Assembly (NCBI GenBank): GCA_024275655.1
Contig: JAJRYR010000036.1
Span: 1-51,972, forward strand
DNA length: 51,972 nt
Origin: an archaeon
GTDB taxonomy: Archaea; B1Sed10-29; WALL01; WAMD01
Direction: 5' to 3'
Below are positions 46,753 through 51,972 of this stretch, piece by piece (position 1 is the first letter of the stretch; each line of letters starts with the position of its first letter). The notes below the pieces were generated by a model that saw only the letters and a program-made list of their open reading frames with translations, ran no database searches and was not told the origin of the DNA. Both the position numbers and the translations under genes were made by a program.

Positions 46753-46826
46753 TGGAGCGGGGGCTGGGATTTGAACCCAGGTCCTCCGGTCTGCAGCCGG
46801 ACGCATAGCCCCTCTGCCACCCCCGC
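46753..46826 (-). tRNA. tRNA-Cys (anticodon GCA), CCA encoded
   Basis: Minus-strand fold: acceptor GCGGGGG/CCCCCGC, anticodon stem UCCGG/CCGGA with loop CUGCAGA, T arm CUGGG-UUCAAAU-CCCAG, discriminator U, then CCA. Confidence 0.9.
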
Positions 46827-46830
46827 ACCG

Positions 46831-46866
46831 ATTTATTTTTGTCATAACTGGTTAAAAAGGTTTTAT
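46831..46866. promoter_or_regulatory. tRNA-Cys promoter (BRE/TATA ctttttaa ~27 nt upstream of the tRNA 5' end on the minus strand); it is copy 1 of a ~36-bp direct repeat
   Basis: atttatttttgtcataactggttaaaaaggtttta lies immediately 5' of tRNA-Cys. It is nearly identical to 47317-47354. Confidence 0.6.
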
Positions 46867-46869
46867 AGC

Positions 46870-47139
46870 TCACTTATAAACATTTTTTCTCTTGCCTATT
46901 TTTACAATGATGATTATTTCTTTACTAGGGTATACTCGGAACAAGATTCTGTACTTCCCAACCCTCAAGCGATAGGTGTGTTGCCAACCTTCCATTTTGA
47001 TTACATCCAGATTAATAAAAGGAAATTCCCGTAATTGATTGATCTTCTCCAAAATTCGTGATCTAGTTCTCGGAGGAATACTCTTCAACTCAGAATGTGC
47101 TCGAGGTAAAAAGCGAATCTCAAATACCATATAGCTCAA
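46870..47139 (-). CDS. relE: RelE/ParE-family type II toxin (TTG start as called; internal ATG at 47130)
   Basis: ...WQHTYRLRVGKYRILFRVYPSKEIIIIVKIGKRKNVY is the RelE/ParE C-terminal signature. Confidence 0.75.
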   Translation of the reverse strand: MSYMVFEIRFLPRAHSELKSIPPRTRSRILEKINQLREFPFINLDVIKMEGWQHTYRLRVGKYRILFRVYPSKEIIIIVKIGKRKNVYK

Positions 47140-47140
47140 C

Positions 47141-47315
47141 TCATGAGCTCATCAAGAGAAACTAGCTTCTTTAGTTTCCCCATTCTAACTAGCTCATCTG
47201 CCTCCATCAACCTTTCGACTTCATCAAGTGTCAAGAATCTATCCTCAACCAGCTCAAATAGTTTATCCAATTTCATCTCAATTTGAGTTAACTTTTTTTC
47301 TACATCCACTACCAT
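47141..47315 (-). CDS. Putative cognate antitoxin (58 aa; not in the ORF track)
   Basis: Minus-strand MVVDVEKKLTQIEMKLDKLFELVEDRFLTLDEVERLMEADELVRMGKLKKLVSLDELMS*. Its TGA stop abuts the toxin start in the classic antitoxin-toxin order. Confidence 0.45.
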
Positions 47316-47316
47316 G

Positions 47317-47354
47317 ATTTTATTTTTGTCATAACTGGTTAAAAAGGTTTTTAT
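47317..47354. promoter_or_regulatory. Copy 2 of the tRNA-Cys promoter repeat, 1-2 bp upstream of the antitoxin ATG (predicting a leaderless TA transcript)
   Basis: attttatttttgtcataactggttaaaaaggttttta differs from copy 1 by only two 1-nt indels. Confidence 0.6.
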
Positions 47355-48643
47355 GCTTTTTTGTTCACTTCTGGAACCTCTTGTTTTTGTCCGCTCGGCA
47401 ATGACCTGCCCAAGAAATACACTCCAACAACTGTTGCAATTATTGAAAATAAAATCACTGCGAGAACTATTGGGGAAAAGCTCCTGAGGATCGTCAAAAT
47501 GTGTTCATCTGTGACAGACTGGGACAGCACAGAATAGGGCATTTGGGATATAACCGCTGCAGCTAGTCCTCTGGCCATCATAACACTAATGAAGTTTTTC
47601 TCTTTGTCAGTGATGTTTGTTTTAAACATGGAAATGTAGACTGCGAGTGTCCTCACAATGAGGAACAGCAGAACCAAAAGTAATCCTATTCCTAGATACG
47701 CGAGGTTTGAAAAGTCAAACATCACACCCAAGTAAACAAAGAAGAAGGATCGGATAAAGAAGTTCAGCTCAGAATAGAATATCTTCTCCCCCCTGGTTAT
47801 CCTGACACCCTCTGGTATCTTTATAACTTTTCTTATGGTATTTATGTTCCCCAGTACAAGACCAAATGTTAGAGCTGCTATTGCTCCTGCCCCACCAATG
47901 AATTCAGTGAAGACGTAGAGTAAAAGCACAATCGTGAAATCCAAGAGGTAGGATCTAACTTCCTTCTCTATCTCCCTCAGCAAGAATAACCATAGCAACG
48001 CTCCAACAAGTCCTATGGTTATTCCAATCGAGAATGCTGCAGTTATGCTCTTGAATGCCGTGAGCACATCAGTGGTTCCAGTCTGCAAAACATCCAAAAT
48101 CGCTATGGCAAACACAATCACGAATATATCTGTGGCTGTGGACTCAACCGTAAGTATTGACTTTAAATAATCCGAGACCTTCAACCTGGTCACTATTGGG
48201 ATTATAACACCTGAACTCGTTCCTCCAACAGCCACACCCAAAAGCAGCCCATACATAACTGGCCAACCAAGTATCGCAGATGTTATACCTGCAGTAATGA
48301 GTGCAGTAAACAGAAATGCCACCAGTGTCAGAAGGGTCCCCCTGAACACTCCCTGGGAGAATGCAATCAAATCGAACTCCATCCCCGAATTGAAAAGGAT
48401 CATTATCAACGCCAAGGCCCCAAACGGCCCAGCAAAGCTGACTAGCATGCTTTTCTGCTCAGGCCCAAGTAGAAAAGATAGACCTATACCCAACAAAAGC
48501 AACCATATTATATCAGGTATGCTTGTTTTTTTGAAGATTACCTGGCCAGCAAATCCCAATAACAATATTACAGATGCTAGGAAAAATATCGCGAGTGTTA
48601 GCGTGTCCATAATTGGATTAACGAATAGTTGATTTTTAAGCAT
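47351..48643 (-). CDS. Monovalent cation/proton antiporter (CPA1/NhaP-like)
   Basis: ~12 TM helices, 430 aa, with a G-rich transporter core. Confidence 0.45.
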   Translation of the reverse strand: MLKNQLFVNPIMDTLTLAIFFLASVILLLGFAGQVIFKKTSIPDIIWLLLLGIGLSFLLGPEQKSMLVSFAGPFGALALIMILFNSGMEFDLIAFSQGVFRGTLLTLVAFLFTALITAGITSAILGWPVMYGLLLGVAVGGTSSGVIIPIVTRLKVSDYLKSILTVESTATDIFVIVFAIAILDVLQTGTTDVLTAFKSITAAFSIGITIGLVGALLWLFLLREIEKEVRSYLLDFTIVLLLYVFTEFIGGAGAIAALTFGLVLGNINTIRKVIKIPEGVRITRGEKIFYSELNFFIRSFFFVYLGVMFDFSNLAYLGIGLLLVLLFLIVRTLAVYISMFKTNITDKEKNFISVMMARGLAAAVISQMPYSVLSQSVTDEHILTILRSFSPIVLAVILFSIIATVVGVYFLGRSLPSGQKQEVPEVNKKA

Positions 48644-48691
48644 TTCCTGTTGAAGACAAATTTTTAATAGTATACCTTCCTTATTCCCACT

Positions 48692-50911
48692 ATGTACAAA
48701 TCTTTGGGATTCGGACTGATCGTGTTGATTATGGTTCCTCTAGTCACAGCTCAAACACTGAATGCTACCCTCTCTCCAGATGATCTATGGTTCATTCCCG
48801 GGGAATCCAAGGATTTCACAATCAAGGTAACTAATGTCAACCACACCACATTTAACGCAACCATTTACATAAAATCCCTCAACACTAGCGTGTTCCTGGT
48901 GAACAATTCCTACCTGGCCAAAGTACAGATAGTGAACTGGGGAGTTGGGGAGAGCTACAACCTTCCAATAAATATAACCTTCCTTAACAATGCATCGTTG
49001 GGGGTAAGGGAGCGCCTAAAAATTAAGATCTACGATGATGCAAACACCTCTGCTCCGATATTTGAAAAATACTGGTATGTCAAAACTGTGTATCCTTCAG
49101 ATATCACGTACACATTAACCGCAAAAATGGTGAATACTTCAAGCGTATCCATCACCGTAAACTTCCCAGATGAAAGGAATTCCTCTAGTTTGACCAACAA
49201 CCAAACAAAGGACCTGTTTGTATCCTGGGCAAAAATTATCGATCCTTCCTCCAATAGTGTAATAGCAGCAAACTCCTCAAATGGTCTTTCGCTCGAATTG
49301 AATTTGACTGGAAGATTGGGCAAGTACGATATAGTTTATGGCGTGAATACAACAGATGGAAGGTACTCTATTGAAAAAGACAATACCGTGTATTTGTTGT
49401 ATTCTCTGTGTTTTGTAAATGTCACAGCGAAGTGGCTTGGTGAGATCAACTATTACTACCCTCTTGATGGCCCTGTGATTGGGGGAACTAAAATTTGCAT
49501 TGAAGGAAACGTGTTCTACGACAAGGTATTTCCACTGGGGAGGTTCGGGGAAAAATATGTGTTGAATATGGAAATTAAAAACGGGACAAACGTGCTCCAG
49601 AATTTCTCCTTAACGAGTACAGACGGCCACTTCATAAAATGTTTCAATGCTCCAACGCAAAATGGTAACTACACCATCTCGCTTTCTGCATCTGGCCTAA
49701 ATAATTTATCAACAAACTACCAGATTAAATTAGAAGTGAACAACATAATCGAATATGTTCCCACACAGGTGGAAAAGGTCTTGGAAAACATCAAGATCAG
49801 CCAAAAAGGAAATATCCTGGTATTGAGAAACGAAAACCCATTCAATATAACTGGAGAGTTGTATGTCTGGGAAGAAGATGATGAATACATCCACTTCAAT
49901 CTAAGCTCAATGAACGGAACCGAAGTAAAATTAGTTGCCTCTAAGAACAACGAAATCCCAATAAACATCTCCGTCCTCCCCAATGTCCCACCTGGATACT
50001 ACAAACTAAAATTCACTTTGAAAACGACCCTGGGGGATCTGAACTTCACTGGGACCTACCAGGTAAAAGAGAGCTTTCCTAGCAACAAGGCAACATACAA
50101 GAGATATTTTGAGCAGGGAGTAAATAAAACTAGAGTAACGATCCTGGTCCACAATGGATACGCATATCCTGTGAAGGGAACAATAACTGAAACAATTCCC
50201 AAGAGCATTGCAAACTCTCTATCCTTTTTAGAACCAGACAATGAAACGAAATCAGCTGCAAGGTTGTGCTCACAACAACCAGATACTCTAGAGTGTATAA
50301 GAGAATTCGCAATAACAACAAAGGACTGCGGCATATGTACCACAGACACCTGCTGGGAACTGTGTATTCAATCGTACCTGGAGTCACCTGGAAACAAAAC
50401 TTACCCCATTGTATTCATGCAAATGCCAAAAGTCTTGGAAGAAGATCCGGTGGTTTCTTGGAAGGTAAATGTTCCTCCAGGAAACGACATTAGAATAGTT
50501 TACATTATAGTGAACAAAACTGTGAATCCATCTACATTCCCAAACTTGCAAGCTTCCCTAAAAGTGGAAAAACCAGTACAAAACCAAACAGCCCCACAGA
50601 ATATCTCGCAACCTGAACTTGTTGTCTATGAAAAGAAACCAAACAACACGTGGGTGTGGGTAATTGTATTACTTGTATTAGTTGGTATTGGTGGCGGCGC
50701 ATACTACTTCATGGTGCTGAAAAAGAAGGAAAAGAAAAAGGTGGAAACTGTTGAAGAAAAACCAGTGGGGGTTGAACCTCCAGAGGAGATTGAACCTAAG
50801 GAGGTAGAGAAAGAGGAAGAGAGAGGAGAAAAGACCAAGGAGAAGAGCGAAGAGAAAAAGGAGCCAAGTCCTGAAGATGCATTTAAGACCATCGGAAAAG
50901 GTTTCGTGTAA
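48692..50911 (+). CDS. Cell-surface (S-layer-like) glycoprotein: signal peptide, dense N-x-S/T sequons, C-terminal TM and K/E-rich tail
   Basis: Over 40 NxS/T sequons, N-terminal MYKSLGFGLIVLIMVPLVTA and C-terminal WVWVIVLLVLVGIGGGAYYFMVL followed by a charged tail. Confidence 0.45.
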   Translation: MYKSLGFGLIVLIMVPLVTAQTLNATLSPDDLWFIPGESKDFTIKVTNVNHTTFNATIYIKSLNTSVFLVNNSYLAKVQIVNWGVGESYNLPINITFLNNASLGVRERLKIKIYDDANTSAPIFEKYWYVKTVYPSDITYTLTAKMVNTSSVSITVNFPDERNSSSLTNNQTKDLFVSWAKIIDPSSNSVIAANSSNGLSLELNLTGRLGKYDIVYGVNTTDGRYSIEKDNTVYLLYSLCFVNVTAKWLGEINYYYPLDGPVIGGTKICIEGNVFYDKVFPLGRFGEKYVLNMEIKNGTNVLQNFSLTSTDGHFIKCFNAPTQNGNYTISLSASGLNNLSTNYQIKLEVNNIIEYVPTQVEKVLENIKISQKGNILVLRNENPFNITGELYVWEEDDEYIHFNLSSMNGTEVKLVASKNNEIPINISVLPNVPPGYYKLKFTLKTTLGDLNFTGTYQVKESFPSNKATYKRYFEQGVNKTRVTILVHNGYAYPVKGTITETIPKSIANSLSFLEPDNETKSAARLCSQQPDTLECIREFAITTKDCGICTTDTCWELCIQSYLESPGNKTYPIVFMQMPKVLEEDPVVSWKVNVPPGNDIRIVYIIVNKTVNPSTFPNLQASLKVEKPVQNQTAPQNISQPELVVYEKKPNNTWVWVIVLLVLVGIGGGAYYFMVLKKKEKKKVETVEEKPVGVEPPEEIEPKEVEKEEERGEKTKEKSEEKKEPSPEDAFKTIGKGFV

Positions 50912-50914
50912 TTT

Positions 50915-51376
50915 TTACAAAACATGTTTATGCAAGATATACTCGTTTGGTTTGAGAACCTCCAATCCCTTCTGTTCTAGATAGTTCTCCAGTCTCGCTG
51001 TGTACAAGTGGTGCCTGTCTAAAGTGATAACTCCCTTCAAACCGTAATGCTCCGCAGCCGCAATCAGAACTGCATCGCTTGGGTCTGGGACTAACTTCAG
51101 CAACTCTGGATCAAATCCTATCTCATACTCCTTCTCCCCTTTCCAGTCCCCGGGTTTTACTCCAGTAATCAGGATATGGGAGGGATCTAGATTATTCATT
51201 AACTTCCTATAAACATGATGAGCCGCCCTATGCTTCAGTTCTTCCAATGTAAAATCAGTTACTCCCAGTTTTGGGTCTCCCTCAATCAAAGCCTTGTAAA
51301 TTTTGTGTGGTGCACCCTTTCCTTCCCATCCATTGATTATAACGCAGGTATCCACCAACCACTCCATTTCAAACAC
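50915..51376 (-). CDS. PIN-domain protein (VapC-like nuclease fold)
   Basis: LVDTCVII near the N-terminus (first acidic residue) and AVLIAAAEHYGLKGVITLDRH toward the C-terminus. Confidence 0.4.
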   Translation of the reverse strand: MFEMEWLVDTCVIINGWEGKGAPHKIYKALIEGDPKLGVTDFTLEELKHRAAHHVYRKLMNNLDPSHILITGVKPGDWKGEKEYEIGFDPELLKLVPDPSDAVLIAAAEHYGLKGVITLDRHHLYTARLENYLEQKGLEVLKPNEYILHKHVL

Positions 51377-51541
51377 CAGTCAGCTGACCCTCTTGTCATC
51401 ACGGATCAGCACTCATAAGGCTCATCATCCTGGCATTAGATTTTTCCCGTACTAGGATAAAAACCTAGTCGGCAAATTTCCAAACCAGGTAAAAAGCTAA
51501 CCCTATGAGGAGTATTACCACAATTATTGCCAAGTACTCCA

Positions 51542-51972
51542 TCATCTCCTTTCCCTCCTAGGACAAAATTCTACCTCACACTTCTCACATATTATTTTTC
51601 TCTTCTTTGGATCTGGAGTTACAACCTTCATATCAGCAACTAGAGATGACACAAATCTTATCTCGTCCTCCTCCAATCCTGGCTCGTACACAATTAATGC
51701 AGATCCTTGATCATAGTACACTGTCCTTATCTTTACTCTTTTTCTTAGATAGTCTAGAACCTTCAAAAGATTCGCCTGATCAGCCCTAAACTCTAGTACT
51801 TCATAGCCAAGTATAGGGGCTATGTCTGCTATATCTGGTCTTGGCTTCAACCTAGCAAACAACTCTCGCAAAACAAAATCTCTCTCGACTTTAGACACAA
51901 ATGCATACATGGTTTTCCTGTCCACCCCTAGAACATCTGCAACAACCTTTATGGGAATCTCAAAATCCCTGG
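51542..51972 (-). CDS. Hypothetical protein with an N-terminal HTH; the 5' end runs off the window
   Basis: The frame stays open upstream of the called start to the window edge (…RDFEIPIKVVADVLGVDRKTMYAFVSKVERD), an HTH-like segment. A possible 26-aa TM micro-ORF is coupled at its stop (ATGA at 51540). Confidence 0.35.
   Translation of the reverse strand, partial: RDFEIPIKVVADVLGVDRKTMYAFVSKVERDFVLRELFARLKPRPDIADIAPILGYEVLEFRADQANLLKVLDYLRKRVKIRTVYYDQGSALIVYEPGLEEDEIRFVSSLVADMKVVTPDPKKRKIICEKCEVEFCPRRERR

Overview
This is an archaeal chromosomal segment (~43% GC) and it is gene-dense. The evidence for an archaeal origin is the set of archaeal-type genes: rpoL/Rpo11 overlapping csl4, gatE, an archaeal-type SAM synthetase, speH, Sec61-beta, a class-III-signal-peptide pilin, and a membrane LonB. 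There are also two intron-less tRNAs with genomically encoded CCA, and BRE/TATA promoters ~25-30 bp upstream of leaderless starts. Housekeeping genes dominate 12.6-16 kb and 25-46.7 kb: ttuA-like, speH, MAT, LemA with a DUF2207-like partner, gatE, signal peptidase I, rpoL-csl4, an SPFH protein, a transglutaminase-like protein, lonB, a Trm11-like methyltransferase, a GGPP synthase and tldD/pmbA. Accessory and unusual content is concentrated in five places.
(a) 3.9-12 kb holds three diverged paralogous AAA_14/DUF4143-type ATPase genes. Each is bracketed by its own pair of perfect long direct repeats (51, 34 and 58 bp). They are interleaved with a frameshifted XPD/Rad3 helicase and an Nre-like repair protein.
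(b) 16.1-18.5 kb has tRNA-Arg, an internally deleted exonuclease III pseudogene, and a compact RiPP-like locus. The RiPP-like locus is a 69-aa leader plus Cys/Asp-rich core peptide, placed directly upstream of a radical-SAM/SPASM maturase fused to a GNAT acetyltransferase. I consider this the best candidate for an undescribed system.
(c) 19-23.5 kb has a HerA/FtsK-like DUF87 ATPase, then an unknown protein and a RuvC/YqgF-like protein.
(d) Next to tRNA-Cys sits a RelE/ParE toxin-antitoxin cassette driven by a duplicated copy of the tRNA promoter.
(e) Several genes carry single disruptions: lonB has an in-frame TAG, a DUF373 gene has an in-frame TAA, XPD has a frameshift and xth has an internal deletion.
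Two real small genes were missed by the ORF track, Sec61-beta and a partial pilin at the window start. No CRISPR array, rRNA or IS transposase was seen.
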